From: an uncultured bacterium
GTDB taxonomy: Bacteria > Bacillota_I > Bacilli_A > RFN20 > CAG-826
Assembly (NCBI GenBank): GCA_949288485.1
Contig: CASEKC010000001.1
Coordinates: 71,070 to 135,069 of the forward strand
Direction: 5' to 3'
Length of the DNA stretch: 64,000 nucleotides
Both the position numbers and the translations under genes were made by a program. The notes under the pieces are model-generated. The model had not been told where the DNA came from, made no database searches, and saw only the letters and a program-made list of their open reading frames with translations. The stretch's first letter is position 1. Every line of letters starts with the position of its first letter. This document shows positions 10,354 through 22,067 of this stretch, piece by piece.

Positions 10354-10995
10354 ATGGACTATAATAAATTAATTGATCACACATTATTAAAAGCTGACGC
10401 AACTGAAGAAGAAATTATTAAACTTTGTAAGGAAGCAAAAGAATATAATTTCATGTCTGTTTGTGTAAATCCTTGTTATATTGAAACAGCAAAAAAAGCA
10501 TTGGAAGGTAGTGATGTTAAAGTTTGTGTTGTTACTGGTTTCCCTTTAGGTGCTTCTAGACCTGAAGCTAAAGCTTTTGAAAGTAAAGATGCTGTTGAAC
10601 ATGGTGCTGATGAAGTTGATGTCGTTATTAATATTGGTGCTTTAAAAGATCATAAAGACGATTACGTTTTAAATGAATTAAAAATGGTTCGTGAAGCTAT
10701 TCCAAATACAGTTTTAAAAGTTATTATTGAATGCTGCTTATTAAATGAAGAAGAAATTGTAAGAGCTTCAAGACTTGTAAAAGAATCAGGTGCTGATTTT
10801 GTTAAAACATCAACTGGTTTCTCAAAATGGGGTGCAAAATTAGAGGATGTCGCTTTAATGAGAAAAACCGTCGGTCCAAATATGGGTGTCAAAGCAGCAG
10901 GAGGAGTTAAAACTCACGAAGATATGATTAAATTTGTTGAAGCTGGTGCTACACGTATTGGAACAAGTAATGGCGTCGCTTTAATGAAGAAATAA
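10354..10995 (+). CDS. deoC: Deoxyribose-phosphate aldolase
   Basis: IDHTLLK, GADFVKTSTGF, VKAAGGV, RIGTS. Confidence 0.98.
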   Translation: MDYNKLIDHTLLKADATEEEIIKLCKEAKEYNFMSVCVNPCYIETAKKALEGSDVKVCVVTGFPLGASRPEAKAFESKDAVEHGADEVDVVINIGALKDHKDDYVLNELKMVREAIPNTVLKVIIECCLLNEEEIVRASRLVKESGADFVKTSTGFSKWGAKLEDVALMRKTVGPNMGVKAAGGVKTHEDMIKFVEAGATRIGTSNGVALMKK

Positions 10996-11085
10996 TCTTT
11001 AAATTCTGATTTTTTCCGAATTTTTGTTGATTTTCTAATGTTTTTTTAGTATATTATTTTAACATGTCAAAGGAGGTGAAGGTAT

Positions 11086-11259
11086 ATGTCAAAAGTCGTA
11101 GTTAGAGAAGGTGAAACTTTAGATGAAGCTTTAAGAAGATTCAAAAGACAAGTTAATAAAGCTGGAACCATCCAAGAATGTCGTAGAAGAGAATGCTTTT
11201 TAAAAAAATCATTAAAAAGAAAATTAAAGAGCGAAAATGCTAGAAAAAAGTATAGATAA
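11086..11259 (+). CDS. rpsU: 30S ribosomal protein S21 (57 aa, missing from the ORF track)
   Basis: Translated by hand: [36 protein letters not shown]...; AGGAGGTG RBS. Confidence 0.97.
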   Translation: MSKVVVREGETLDEALRRFKRQVNKAGTIQECRRRECFLKKSLKRKLKSENARKKYR

Positions 11260-11263
11260 GAAG

Positions 11264-11290
11264 AATCCTCATTAAGTTGAGGATTTTTTT
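11264..11290 (+). terminator. Terminator after rpsU
   Basis: AATCCTCA-TTAAGT-TGAGGATT plus T tract. Confidence 0.8.
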
Positions 11291-11300
11291 AATAAAAAAA

Positions 11301-11334
11301 TGCATAAATTTTTTATTTTTAGCCTTCTTGTATA
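11301..11334 (+). promoter_or_regulatory. Shared bipartite motif, copy A (putative alternative-sigma promoter)
   Basis: TGCATA-N16-CCTTCTTGTATA just before the AAGGAG RBS of the C39 gene; near-identical copies at 37199-37232 and 60850-60883. Confidence 0.7.
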
Positions 11335-11349
11335 TAGAAGGAGAAATTT

Positions 11350-12540
11350 ATGAGTTATTTTATTAGACAAATTGGAGAAAAAGATTGCGCAATTACTTCA
11401 CTTAAAATTTTATTAGCAAATATTTATAAAAGAAAAGATTTTCTTTTTTATCCTCAGGCAAACATAAATGAGGCGCTATCTTTAAAAGATGTAATTAGAA
11501 TAGCTAAAAATGAAGGTGTAGTTTTAAGTGCTTATCGATTGAAAAACAAAAATGAAATTAAAGAATTAAAGCATAAAAAATCTTTAATAGTCATTAAAAG
11601 AAGGAATATACTTCATTTGATTTATTTGAAAAATATCAAAAGAAGAGGAGTCGTAATTTTAGATCCAAAAATCGGAAAAGTATTTATGAAGTTTCAAGAT
11701 TTTTTCGAAATTTGGAATGGAGAAGTATTAGAAACAGTAAAAGTTAATGGAAGTAATTTTAATATTAAAAAGAAAAGAATCATTCATTTATATAAAGAAA
11801 TATTAATGATAGCTTTTCAAATTTTTACTTATTCTTTATTTTTGTGTGGATTATATTTTATTAATAATACGGTAGATTTTTTAATTCCTTTGGTTTTATT
11901 TATCTCTTTTATTTTTTCTTTACTATTATTTAATTATCTCTTAATAAATTTTATGAAAAAGATAGATAACGATTTATTTAAAGGAATTTATCGAAGTGAA
12001 GGAAATTTAAAGGAAAAATATTTAAAAATCACTAAATTAAAAACATTAATATTTACTTCACCTTTAGAACTAATATCATCTATTTTGTTAGTGACTTTTT
12101 CATTAAGTATTTTAGGTATCAATAGTTATTTAAGTTTAATAATTGCCTTTTTTGTTTTATTTATTCAATTTTTATTAAAAGTTATTAGTTCTTCGTATTT
12201 GGATTATAGAAAAAATTATATTGAAAATTGTGAAAATAATTTATTTTTAAGCGAAAATGAAGAAAATGCCTTATCTAATTTTAAAGTATTAAATGATGAA
12301 GTATATAAATTTATAACTTTAAATAATTTAAAAAAATTTTTACTAATTTTAATAATTATTGTTGGATGCTTATTTCTATGTTCCTTTGAAAAAGAAATTT
12401 CCTTAAATTATCTTTTATTTCATGTTTTTGCAATTTATTATATTTCATCTAATTTTGATAAGATTTTAGATTTTAATAAAAATTATGAAGAATTAAATTA
12501 TTTAAAATCGATTTACTATTATTATTCGAAAACTTATTAA
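11350..12540 (+). CDS. C39 peptidase domain plus multi-TM membrane protein (PCAT-like, no nucleotide-binding domain)
   Basis: N-terminal IRQ..EKDC, downstream His (LHLIY) and ILDP; about 5-6 hydrophobic helices; ends with no Walker A/B. Confidence 0.8.
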   Translation: MSYFIRQIGEKDCAITSLKILLANIYKRKDFLFYPQANINEALSLKDVIRIAKNEGVVLSAYRLKNKNEIKELKHKKSLIVIKRRNILHLIYLKNIKRRGVVILDPKIGKVFMKFQDFFEIWNGEVLETVKVNGSNFNIKKKRIIHLYKEILMIAFQIFTYSLFLCGLYFINNTVDFLIPLVLFISFIFSLLLFNYLLINFMKKIDNDLFKGIYRSEGNLKEKYLKITKLKTLIFTSPLELISSILLVTFSLSILGINSYLSLIIAFFVLFIQFLLKVISSSYLDYRKNYIENCENNLFLSENEENALSNFKVLNDEVYKFITLNNLKKFLLILIIIVGCLFLCSFEKEISLNYLLFHVFAIYYISSNFDKILDFNKNYEELNYLKSIYYYYSKTY

Positions 12541-12574
12541 GTATAAATTCTTTTTTTGTTATAATAGTTTGGCT

Positions 12575-13039
12575 ATGGAACTTTATATTAATAACACATT
12601 AGACATTGATTTAATCGATTACGAGCCAATTTTTACAAAATTATTAAATAAAACTTTTAAAATATTATCTTTAAATGATAATGTTATTTGTTCGGTTACT
12701 TTTGTTGATGTTGAAACAATACATAAAATTAATAAAGAATATCGAAATATTGATAGACCAACAGATGTAATTTCCTTTGCTTTTTTAGATGATAAAAACG
12801 AGATAATTAAAGGCGATATCCCTTTAGATATTGGCGAAATGTATATTTGTTATGAAGTTGCTGATGAAAATAGAAAAAAATATAATAATTCAATTGAAAG
12901 AGAAATATGTTTTCTGTTTGTACACGGACTTTTACATCTTTTAGGATATGATCATATGGAAAAAGAAGATGAAGAAGTAATGTTTGCTTTACAAGATGAA
13001 ATTTTAGAAGGAGAAGATCTATGGATAAAAAAGAATTAG
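12575..13039 (+). CDS. ybeY: rRNA maturation RNase YbeY
   Basis: PTDVISF, HGLLHLLGYDH. Confidence 0.97.
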   Translation: MELYINNTLDIDLIDYEPIFTKLLNKTFKILSLNDNVICSVTFVDVETIHKINKEYRNIDRPTDVISFAFLDDKNEIIKGDIPLDIGEMYICYEVADENRKKYNNSIEREICFLFVHGLLHLLGYDHMEKEDEEVMFALQDEILEGEDLWIKKN

Positions 13040-13419
13040 TTAATGAAGCGATTAAAGCTAGAGAAAATGCTTTTGTTCCTTATTCAAAATTTAAAGTTGG
13101 GGCTAGTCTTTTAACGAAAGATGGAAGAATTTTTATTGGTTCTAACATGGAGTCGGCTTCTTATGGATTAACTTTATGTGCTGAAAGAAACTGTATTTTT
13201 GGAGCATATGCACGTGGAGTAAGAAAGGATGATATAGTTGCTTTTGCGGTCGTTGCTGATACTAATGGTCCTGTTTCTCCATGCGGAGCATGTAGACAAG
13301 TAATTGCTGAATATATCAATAAAGATGTACCAATTTACTTAGCAAATTTAAAAGGCGATATTATTGAATATAAAAGCGGTGAATTAATTCCTTATTTCTT
13401 TGATGGGAGCGAATTATAA
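13021..13419 (+). CDS. cdd: Cytidine deaminase
   Basis: PYSKFKVGA, CAER, PCGACRQ. Confidence 0.97.
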   Translation: MDKKELVNEAIKARENAFVPYSKFKVGASLLTKDGRIFIGSNMESASYGLTLCAERNCIFGAYARGVRKDDIVAFAVVADTNGPVSPCGACRQVIAEYINKDVPIYLANLKGDIIEYKSGELIPYFFDGSEL

Positions 13420-13420
13420 G

Positions 13421-14290
13421 ATGAAAAGCGGATTTGTAACAATTTTAGGGCGACCAAATGTTGGAAAATCCACATTAATCAATACTATAATTGGTAAGAA
13501 AATATCTATTATTAGTCCAAAAAGTCAAACAACTAGAGATGCAATTCAAGGTATTTATAATGATGAAGATTCTCAAATAATTTTTGTAGATACTCCTGGA
13601 ATTCATAAGCCTAAAACCGAATTAGAAAAAGAAATGGATAAAATCGCTTATTATAATGCTAAAAATAACGATTTAGTTTTATTAATGGTCGATGCATCAA
13701 AGAGATTTTCTGATTCAGATTTATTTATAAGTAAAAATGTTCGATTTACAACACCTGTTATTATTGTTTTTAGTAAAATTGATTTAACTAATGTTTTATT
13801 AATAAATGAATTAAAAGAAAAATATAAAGAATTTTTTCCAAATTCTGAAATGGTTGAAATTTCTTCTCTTGAAAATTTTAATATCGATTTTTTAATTTCA
13901 AGAATTAAATCATATTTACCAGAAGGACCACAATATTATGATGCAAATACAATAACTAATCGTGATTTTACATTTATGGTCCAAGAAATAATAAGAGAAA
14001 AAATTTTAAAGCTATTAAAAGAAGAAGTTCCTCATTCAATCGCCGTAATATGTGATGAGATTTCTTTTTCAACTGGGAAAAATATATTTGCAAAAATAAT
14101 TGTTGAAAAAGAATCGCAAAAAGGAATAATTATCGGAAAAAAAGGCTCGATGATCAAAAAGATAGGAATTGAGTCTAGAAAAGATATTGAAAAATTACTT
14201 GGATATAATATTAATCTAGAGCTTTTAGTACAAGTAGTGGAAAACTGGAAGAATTCTAGTAGTTTTTTAGCAAAACTTGGATACAAATAA
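13421..14290 (+). CDS. era: GTPase Era
   Basis: GRPNVGKST, QTTR, DTPG, KH domain SQKGIIIGK. Confidence 0.97.
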   Translation: MKSGFVTILGRPNVGKSTLINTIIGKKISIISPKSQTTRDAIQGIYNDEDSQIIFVDTPGIHKPKTELEKEMDKIAYYNAKNNDLVLLMVDASKRFSDSDLFISKNVRFTTPVIIVFSKIDLTNVLLINELKEKYKEFFPNSEMVEISSLENFNIDFLISRIKSYLPEGPQYYDANTITNRDFTFMVQEIIREKILKLLKEEVPHSIAVICDEISFSTGKNIFAKIIVEKESQKGIIIGKKGSMIKKIGIESRKDIEKLLGYNINLELLVQVVENWKNSSSFLAKLGYK

Positions 14291-14295
14291 TTTTA

Positions 14296-14889
14296 ATGGA
14301 AACTATAAATGGAATTATTATTTCGATAAATGAATATAAAGATAAGGAATTTATTGTTTCAATTTTAAGTAATGAAGCTTTATATTCAGCTTCAATTACA
14401 AGAAATAAAAGAAGGGAAAATACTTCTTTAAATATTTTTTCATTCGGTGAATTTGTTTTATATAAAGGCCCAACAAAATATTTTAAAATTAAAAATTTTT
14501 ATCCAAGAAAAATACTTGTAAATGTTTATGATTCTTTTGATAGATTATTAGTTTTAGATTTCTTAACAGAAATTTTAAATAAAATTAACTATGAAACCAT
14601 AAATATATCTAAATTATTTTCACTTTTAAAATTTACTTTAACAAATTTAGACAATTTATCAGTTGATAGTAATTTAATAACGCTTTACTTTTTTTATAAT
14701 CTATTAATTGAGCTTGGCTTAGATCCGACTTATACAAAACTTTATAATAATATAGATGTTGATCTTTTAAATTTGGATTTAACGAAAAGAATTGACAAAA
14801 AAACTTTTCTAATTTTATTTCGATTTTTTTCTAAGATTTTACACGATTATCTCGGCGTTTATCTTAATTCTTATTATAATTTTAAATAA
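14296..14889 (+). CDS. recO: DNA repair protein RecO (short, divergent)
   Basis: GIIISINEYKDK N-terminus; position between era and glyS. Confidence 0.65.
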   Translation: METINGIIISINEYKDKEFIVSILSNEALYSASITRNKRRENTSLNIFSFGEFVLYKGPTKYFKIKNFYPRKILVNVYDSFDRLLVLDFLTEILNKINYETINISKLFSLLKFTLTNLDNLSVDSNLITLYFFYNLLIELGLDPTYTKLYNNIDVDLLNLDLTKRIDKKTFLILFRFFSKILHDYLGVYLNSYYNFK

Positions 14890-14923
14890 CTTTTTTAATC
14901 ATTTTACATACTCCTATAATACA

Positions 14924-14952
14924 TTGACTACAACCTATTATTTAATTAAAAT
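14924..14952 (+). promoter_or_regulatory. SigA-type promoter for glyS-dnaG-rpoD
   Basis: TTGACT-N17-TAAAAT. Confidence 0.6.
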
Positions 14953-14974
14953 TTTATGATTTCGGAGAAAAAAT

Positions 14975-16342
14975 ATGGAAAAAAGTTTTGAAAATATTGT
15001 TACACATTTACAAACAACAGGTTATGTTTTCCAAGGAAGCCAAATTTATGGTGGACTTGCAAATACATGGGATTATGGCCCTTTAGGAAGTCAATTAAAA
15101 AAGAATTTAAAAGATTTATGGTGGAAGAAATTCGTTCAAGAATCTGACTTAAATGTTGGTATTGATTCAGCTATTTTAATGAATCCAAATGTCTGGGTTG
15201 CTACTGGACACGTCCAAACATTTAACGATCCACAAATCGAATGTAAAAAATGTCATTCTAGATATAGAGCTGATCAACTTATTAGTGATCAATTTAAAGA
15301 TGTCGATGTAGATGGAATGACTTATGATGATTTAAACGAATTTATTAAAACACATGAAGTTAAATGTCCAACTTGTGGCCAACATGATTTTACAGATATT
15401 AAAAAATTTAACTTAATGTTTAAAACCCATATGGGAGTAACTGAAGATAGTAGTGCTGAAGTTTATCTTCGTCCTGAAACAGCTCAAGGTGTTTTTGTAA
15501 ACTTTAAAAATGTTCAAAGAGTTACTAGAAAAAAACTTCCTTTTGGTATTGCGAACACAGGTAAAGCTTTTAGAAATGAAATTACTCCAGGGAATTTTAC
15601 ATTTAGAACAAGAGAATTTGAACAAATGGAATTAGAATTCTTCTGTCAACCTGGCACTGATTTAAAATGGTTTGAGTATTGGAAAAAATATTGTATAGAT
15701 TTCGTTGAAGGTTTGGGGATTAGTCCAAATAATCTTAGATACAGAGATCATGAACCAGAAGAGTTAGCTTTTTATTCAAGAGCAACAACCGATATTGAAT
15801 ATTTATTTCCGTTTGGCTGGGGTGAAGTTTGGGGTATTGCTGATAGAACAGACTATGATTTGAAAAGACATCAGGAATATTCAAAAGAAAGTTTAGAATA
15901 TTTTGATTCTGAAACAAATTCTAAATATATTCCTTATTGCATTGAACCATCATTAGGTCTCGATAGATTATTTTTAATGGTTGTTTGCGATGCTTATGAT
16001 GAAGAAAAGTTAGAAAATGGCGAAATAAGAAAAGTAATGCATTTAAATAAGAAAATCGCTCCAATTACTGCTGCAGTTTTACCTTTAAGTAAACAATTAA
16101 GCGAAAAAGCAAAAGAAATCTTCCATTCTTTAAGAGAAGATTTCAATGTATCTTTCGATGAAACTGGTAGTATTGGTAAAAGATATAGAAGAAATGATGA
16201 AATCGGTACACCATACTGTATCACTTATGATTTTAATTCTTTTGATACTAATAAAGTCACAGTTAGAGATAGAGATACAATGTCTCAAGATTTAGTTGAT
16301 ATTAACGATTTAAAGGAATATTTAATTGGAAAACTTAAATAA
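14975..16342 (+). CDS. glyS: Glycine-tRNA ligase (homodimeric type)
   Basis: WDYGPLG, YLRPETAQG, FRNEITPGNFTFRTREFEQME, IEPSLG. Confidence 0.97.
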   Translation: MEKSFENIVTHLQTTGYVFQGSQIYGGLANTWDYGPLGSQLKKNLKDLWWKKFVQESDLNVGIDSAILMNPNVWVATGHVQTFNDPQIECKKCHSRYRADQLISDQFKDVDVDGMTYDDLNEFIKTHEVKCPTCGQHDFTDIKKFNLMFKTHMGVTEDSSAEVYLRPETAQGVFVNFKNVQRVTRKKLPFGIANTGKAFRNEITPGNFTFRTREFEQMELEFFCQPGTDLKWFEYWKKYCIDFVEGLGISPNNLRYRDHEPEELAFYSRATTDIEYLFPFGWGEVWGIADRTDYDLKRHQEYSKESLEYFDSETNSKYIPYCIEPSLGLDRLFLMVVCDAYDEEKLENGEIRKVMHLNKKIAPITAAVLPLSKQLSEKAKEIFHSLREDFNVSFDETGSIGKRYRRNDEIGTPYCITYDFNSFDTNKVTVRDRDTMSQDLVDINDLKEYLIGKLK

Positions 16343-18239
16343 AAATAACCAAAATACTGATTTATTCGATTCAATTTTAAGAAAAGTCGATATCGTTGAT
16401 ATTATCGGACATTACTTAAATTTAGAAAAAAAAGGACGTAATTATACTGCTTTATGTCCTTTTCATGATGATAAACAACTAGGTAACTTTTTTGTTTCTC
16501 AAGAAAAACAAGTTTTTAAATGTTTTGCTTGTAATAAAAGTGGTAATGCGATTGCATTTGTAAAAGAAAAAGAAAGATGTTCTTGGATTGAAGCAGCAAA
16601 AAAGGTTTGCGAAATCGCTAATATTGTTGAACCAGGATTGGAAAATTTTAAAGAAACAAAAAAAGATCCTAAAGTTGAGAAAACTTTGCAAATTTTAAAA
16701 GATATTTCACTTTTTTATTCATTATCTCTTTTTCAAAGTGATGAAGGAAAAGACGCTTTAAATTATTTGCATAATAGAGGCTTAAATGATGATATTATTC
16801 GACATTTTGGAATTGGTTATGCTTTAAAAGATGGTTCGAAGGTTATTGAATTCTTAACGAAAGAAAAAAATTATTCGTTAAAAGAAATTGATGAAACCGG
16901 AATTATTGATTTAAAAAACAATGTTATAAAAGATAAAAATTATGGCCGTATAGCTTTTTTTATAAAAAATAGTAATAACGAAGTTTGCGGTTTTAGTTGC
17001 AGAATATTTGGCGATAAAAAATCTGATGCTAAATACGTTAATACCTCAAGTACAATTGTTTTTAATAAATCCAATATTTTATATAACTATTTCGACGCTA
17101 TTAGTGAAAGTGCGAAAGTAGGGTATGTATATTTATTAGAAGGATTTATGGATGTTATTGCTTGTTATCGAGCAAACATTAAAAGTGCAGTTGGACTTAT
17201 GGGAACCTCACTAACGAAAAATCATTTAAAAATGTTAAAAGATTTGAAATGTGAAGTTCGTTTATGTCTAGATTTAGATAAACCTGGTCAGAATGCAATG
17301 TATAAAGCTTTTCCTTTATTAGAAAGTTATTCAATTCCTTATCGAGTTGTTAATAATGATGTTGATTTTAATTATAAGGATAGCGATGAAATTATAGATC
17401 ATCTAGGAAATGAAAAATTAATATCATATTTATCAAATGTGACTGATAAATTAAATTGGTTAGTTAATTATTTTAAGAAAAATCTTGATTTAAATATTTT
17501 AGAAAACAAAGAGAAGATGATTAATTTCTTCGTTACAATTCTAAAAAATAACGCTGATCAAATTTTAGTTGATTCCTATATAAAGGAATTAGAAAAAGTT
17601 ACAAATGTCTCTTATAACGTTATTAAAGACATGATTGATAAAGCAAAATTAGATACGAGTATCAACGTAGATAATTTTGAAATCGAAGATAAAGAATATA
17701 TAGATGAATTTGAATCTTCTAAAAATGAAATTAAAAGAACAAAATTACGTGAATCTAAAATTATAAAATCGGAGCGTTTGCTCCTAAGTTATATGTTAAA
17801 AAATGAAGAAGCAATTTCAATTTTTAAAGAAAAAATTAATTCATTTTATACTCCGATATTTAGCGAACTATATGAGATAGTTTCACAGTATATAAATGAA
17901 AAAAATGATTTTGCCTTTAGTAAAGATAAATTAGAAAATATCGTTAATAGTTCTTCATGTGATAAAAAAGAAGATTTAAAAATAGAAATTAGCAAGATCT
18001 TCACATTAAAAAATTATGATTCTTACAGTAAAGATATTGTTGAAGAGTTAATTGAAAATATTAAATTTGAACGAAATTTAATAAATATTAAAAAAAGTAA
18101 TCAGGAATTACTTAAAAATAAAAATGGTGACAGTGATGAATATTTACTTTCATTATTATCATCATCAAAAAATAAAATGGCAGAAAAAACGGCCTATGAA
18201 AGGGGGAAATATGGCAAAAACAGCAAAAAAATTGGATAA
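16326..18239 (+). CDS. dnaG: DNA primase
   Basis: CPFH..CFAC zinc finger, KYVNT, EGFMD TOPRIM, DLDKPG. Confidence 0.96.
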   Translation: MENLNKNNQNTDLFDSILRKVDIVDIIGHYLNLEKKGRNYTALCPFHDDKQLGNFFVSQEKQVFKCFACNKSGNAIAFVKEKERCSWIEAAKKVCEIANIVEPGLENFKETKKDPKVEKTLQILKDISLFYSLSLFQSDEGKDALNYLHNRGLNDDIIRHFGIGYALKDGSKVIEFLTKEKNYSLKEIDETGIIDLKNNVIKDKNYGRIAFFIKNSNNEVCGFSCRIFGDKKSDAKYVNTSSTIVFNKSNILYNYFDAISESAKVGYVYLLEGFMDVIACYRANIKSAVGLMGTSLTKNHLKMLKDLKCEVRLCLDLDKPGQNAMYKAFPLLESYSIPYRVVNNDVDFNYKDSDEIIDHLGNEKLISYLSNVTDKLNWLVNYFKKNLDLNILENKEKMINFFVTILKNNADQILVDSYIKELEKVTNVSYNVIKDMIDKAKLDTSINVDNFEIEDKEYIDEFESSKNEIKRTKLRESKIIKSERLLLSYMLKNEEAISIFKEKINSFYTPIFSELYEIVSQYINEKNDFAFSKDKLENIVNSSSCDKKEDLKIEISKIFTLKNYDSYSKDIVEELIENIKFERNLINIKKSNQELLKNKNGDSDEYLLSLLSSSKNKMAEKTAYERGKYGKNSKKIG

Positions 18240-19479
18240 AGAACAACTCACAAAAGAAGTTGGTAAAATCGTAAAGAATAAAGGTTTTGTTGATGAAGAT
18301 TCTGAAGAAGAAGGAATTGAAACACTTGATGCGATTTTAAAAAGATTTTTAAAAGAAAATGCTGATACTAAAGAAATAGATCAAGATTTTTTCATTGAGT
18401 CAACACGTAGATTCGATCTTTCTGATGAAGACATTGATAAAATTTTCCAATATTTTACTAGCAACGGATATAGTTTAGTCGGAGAAGGAAATAGTGATGA
18501 TATTGAATTTGATGAAAATTCCATTAGTGAAATAGAAGACATGGGTGATATGGATGATTTTGACGAAGATATTGATGGTGATGACGTTGATGGTTTAAAT
18601 ATCGACGTTGATAATCTTGATTCTTTCGTTTTAAGTGATGTTAAAGTTAATGATAGTGTTAAATTATATTTAAAAGAAATCGGTCGTGTTAAATTATTAA
18701 AAGCTGAAGATGAAAAAGAATTAGCTGTTCGTATTTTAAAAGGTGATCAAAAAGCTAAAAACGAATTAATTAATGCAAATTTACGTTTAGTTGTTTCAAT
18801 TGCAAAACATTATTTAGGTAGAGGTATGCCTCTTTTAGATTTAATCGAAGAAGGAAACATGGGCTTAATGAAAGCAGTTGATAAATTTGATTATACTAAA
18901 GGTTTTAAATTTTCAACTTATGCTACTTGGTGGATTCGTCAAGCTATTACAAGAGCTATCGCCGATCAAGCTAGAACTATTAGAATTCCTGTTCATATGG
19001 TTGAAACAATTAATAAAATTACAAGAGTTCAACGTCAACTTACTCAAGAATTAGGAAGAGAACCAACACCAGAAGAAATATCTTCAAAAATGGATGGTGC
19101 TATGACTCCTGATAGAATTCGTGAAATTCAAAGAATTGCCCTTGAACCAGTTTCATTAGAATCTCCAATTGGTGAAGAAGATGATTCTCATTTAGGTGAT
19201 TTCGTTGAAGATAAAGAAAGTCTTTCTCCAACCGAATTTACATCAAAAACTATGTTAAGAGAAGCTTTATATGATGTAATGAGCAACTTAACAGAAAGAG
19301 AAGAAAGAGTTTTAAAATTACGTTATGGTCTTGACGACAATAAACCTAGAACATTAGAAGAAGTAGGAAAAGAATTCGGCGTTACTAGAGAAAGAATTCG
19401 TCAAATTGAAGCTAAAGCTATAAAAAAATTAAAACATCCTACAAAACAAAAGAAGTTAGATGATTTTTCAGTTAATTAA
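18211..19479 (+). CDS. rpoD: RNA polymerase primary sigma factor
   Basis: [57 protein letters not shown]; follows dnaG. Confidence 0.97.
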   Translation: MAKTAKKLDKEQLTKEVGKIVKNKGFVDEDSEEEGIETLDAILKRFLKENADTKEIDQDFFIESTRRFDLSDEDIDKIFQYFTSNGYSLVGEGNSDDIEFDENSISEIEDMGDMDDFDEDIDGDDVDGLNIDVDNLDSFVLSDVKVNDSVKLYLKEIGRVKLLKAEDEKELAVRILKGDQKAKNELINANLRLVVSIAKHYLGRGMPLLDLIEEGNMGLMKAVDKFDYTKGFKFSTYATWWIRQAITRAIADQARTIRIPVHMVETINKITRVQRQLTQELGREPTPEEISSKMDGAMTPDRIREIQRIALEPVSLESPIGEEDDSHLGDFVEDKESLSPTEFTSKTMLREALYDVMSNLTEREERVLKLRYGLDDNKPRTLEEVGKEFGVTRERIRQIEAKAIKKLKHPTKQKKLDDFSVN

Positions 19480-19499
19480 TTTAAAAAAGATATCGTTTT

Positions 19500-20657
19500 A
19501 TGAAAAAACAACTTAATACTTTAATAAAAAATACTTTGATAAAAGAAAGTTTAGACGATAATACCATTTCATTAATATTATCGTCCTTAAACGATCTAAT
19601 TTCTGATGATGAAAAAAATAAAATTATCGATAAAGACGATTTTTATGATTGTTTAGACGAGTTTTCATTAAAAGAATCAACCATTAAAAAGATTAAAGAT
19701 ATATTAATAAAAAATAACTTTAAAATTATAAATCACGATGAAGTAATTGTTGAAGATATTAATGATGTTTTGGAAGATGAAGAAGATATTTCAAATAACG
19801 AGAAGACTTTTTCAAGTGAAAAAGCTAATGATGATTTGCGACAATATTTTAAAAATATTGGAACCAATAAACTTTTAACTCCAAAAGAAGAAATTGAAAT
19901 TGCTAAAAGAATAAAAAATGGTGATGAAAATGCAAAAAATGAGTTAATAGAAGCCAATACTCGTTTAGTTATTTCAATTGCAAAAAGATATGTAAATAGA
20001 GGAGTTCCTCTTCAAGATTTGATTCAAGAAGGAAATTTAGGTTTAATTCGTGCAGCTGAAAAATTCGATTATAAATTAGGTAACAAGTTTTCAACTTATG
20101 CAACTTGGTGGATTCGTCAAGCTATAACAAAAGCTATTGCTGATCAAGCAAGAAATATTAGAATTCCGCTTCATGTAATTGATATTTTAAATAAAATTTC
20201 TAGAACAAAGAATGAGTTTATTCAAGAAAAAGGGTATGAACCAACCGCTGAAGAAATTTATTTAAAATTAAATAAAACTATACCAATAGAGAAGATAGAT
20301 GCCGCCTTACTTTTAGGTAAAGACACGATTTCCTTGGAAAGTAGTGTTGGTGATAATCAAGATGCTGAATTAGGGGATTTTATCGAAGATAAAACCGATA
20401 ATTCACCAATAGATTTTACTTCAAAAAATGACTTAAATCTTTTAATAAAAGATGCACTTTGTACATTAGATGAAAGAGAAAAAGATGTTATTAAACTTCG
20501 TTATGGTTTAGATGATGAAGAAGAACATACTTTAGCCGAAATTGGAAAAAAATATAATATTTCGCGTGAAAGAGTTCGACAAATTGAAACAAAAGCTCTT
20601 TTCAAGTTAAGAAAAAGTTTAAACGAGAAAAAAATATATGATAGCGAAGAGAATTGA
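19500..20657 (+). CDS. Second RpoD/SigA-like sigma-70 factor (paralogue)
   Basis: Regions 1.2-4.2 complete: [40 protein letters not shown]. Confidence 0.92.
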   Translation: MKKQLNTLIKNTLIKESLDDNTISLILSSLNDLISDDEKNKIIDKDDFYDCLDEFSLKESTIKKIKDILIKNNFKIINHDEVIVEDINDVLEDEEDISNNEKTFSSEKANDDLRQYFKNIGTNKLLTPKEEIEIAKRIKNGDENAKNELIEANTRLVISIAKRYVNRGVPLQDLIQEGNLGLIRAAEKFDYKLGNKFSTYATWWIRQAITKAIADQARNIRIPLHVIDILNKISRTKNEFIQEKGYEPTAEEIYLKLNKTIPIEKIDAALLLGKDTISLESSVGDNQDAELGDFIEDKTDNSPIDFTSKNDLNLLIKDALCTLDEREKDVIKLRYGLDDEEEHTLAEIGKKYNISRERVRQIETKALFKLRKSLNEKKIYDSEEN

Positions 20658-21291
20658 AAAAATAGCTGAAATTATCGATTTAAATAATAAAGGTGTTTTT
20701 GATGTGGGCAGTGACCATGGATATCTTTTAACATCATTAAGAAAAAAGAATGATAAGATAAAGTTAAAAGGTGTTGAAAATAAACTTGGACCTTTTAAAA
20801 ATTTAAAGGATAATACATCTTTTTTAAGTATAGAAACAAGTTTATCTGATGGTATTGATGAATTAACTAATGATTATTCGTGTGTCGTTCTTGCTGGAAT
20901 GGGCTATAAAAATATTGTTGAAATAATTATGAAACATCTTGATAAATTAAATTTTATTGAACAAATCGTAATAGATTCTCATACAAATATTGATTTATGT
21001 CGTAAATTTTTTGTTAATTTAAATTTTTATATAGATCAAGAAGTTATTTTAAAAGAAAAAGGTATATATTATGAAATTATTTCTTTTAAAAGAGGAAATA
21101 AAAGATATACTGACAAAGAGATTTTTTATGGCCCCATTTTATTAAAAAATAAAAGCCAAATTTTTAAAGAAAAATATATCGTAAGAAATAAAAAAATCGA
21201 TGAAATTATTAAAAAAATCGATAATAAAAATTCCAAAAAATATCTTTCTTTGATAGAAGAAAAAAGATTAAATGATGAGGTTATATCGTGA
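20638..21291 (+). CDS. trmK: tRNA m1A22 methyltransferase
   Basis: [13 protein letters not shown]; canonical position after sigA. Confidence 0.9.
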   Translation: MIAKRIEKIAEIIDLNNKGVFDVGSDHGYLLTSLRKKNDKIKLKGVENKLGPFKNLKDNTSFLSIETSLSDGIDELTNDYSCVVLAGMGYKNIVEIIMKHLDKLNFIEQIVIDSHTNIDLCRKFFVNLNFYIDQEVILKEKGIYYEIISFKRGNKRYTDKEIFYGPILLKNKSQIFKEKYIVRNKKIDEIIKKIDNKNSKKYLSLIEEKRLNDEVIS

Positions 21292-22067
21292 ATACAAAAA
21301 TATTAATAAAAAAATTATCAAAAAATTTTCCAAAGTCAATTGCTAAAAAATATCATGATTATGTTGGTCTACAATATGGAAAAATAAAAAATGAGACTAA
21401 AACAATTTTACTTTGTCTTGATTTTGATAATATTGCTTTTGATGAAACTAAAAAATTAATTGATTTTAATAAGATAGATTTGATTATCACTCATCATCCA
21501 TTTATTTATGGAACATATAAGAAAGTTTTAAAACACGATCCGGTTAAAGCTGAATTAGTTAAAGAATTAGATAAATTTAAAGTTCCTATTTATTCTTATC
21601 ATACTAATTTTGATGAAGGAAATGATGGAATGAATGATGCTTTAGCAAGAGCATTAAATTTAAAAAATATACGAAAATTAGACTCCATTCCTATGTCTAG
21701 AGGTGGAGAATTAGAAGAAGAGATGGATATTGTTTCTTTCGCTAAATATGCGAAAGAAAAATTAGATGTCTCTTATGGAGAACTTTTAAATTTTGGTAAA
21801 AAAACTATTAAGAGTGTTGCAATTATTGGTGGTGGCGGATGGCATTATTATTTATATGCTAAAAATGAAGGTTATGATATTTTTATAAGTGGAGATATTC
21901 CTCACCATGGAAGAAGAGGTGTTGTTTTAAATCAATATAACTATCTCAATTTACCTCACGAAATAGAAAGAATTTTTATGAAACAAATGAAAGAAGTTCT
22001 TTTAAATATTGATAAAAGTTTTAATATTATAACTATTGATCACGAAAAATTACCAATTATCATTTAA
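21288..22067 (+). CDS. Nif3-like dinuclear metal centre protein
   Basis: IITHHPF, YHTNFD, GDIPHH, HEIE. Confidence 0.92.
   Translation: MNTKILIKKLSKNFPKSIAKKYHDYVGLQYGKIKNETKTILLCLDFDNIAFDETKKLIDFNKIDLIITHHPFIYGTYKKVLKHDPVKAELVKELDKFKVPIYSYHTNFDEGNDGMNDALARALNLKNIRKLDSIPMSRGGELEEEMDIVSFAKYAKEKLDVSYGELLNFGKKTIKSVAIIGGGGWHYYLYAKNEGYDIFISGDIPHHGRRGVVLNQYNYLNLPHEIERIFMKQMKEVLLNIDKSFNIITIDHEKLPIII

Noticed and set aside
14890..14974. Possible T-box leaders before glyS, hisS and valS
   Set aside because: The intergenic regions are too short and no T-box consensus (TGGNACCGCG) was seen.
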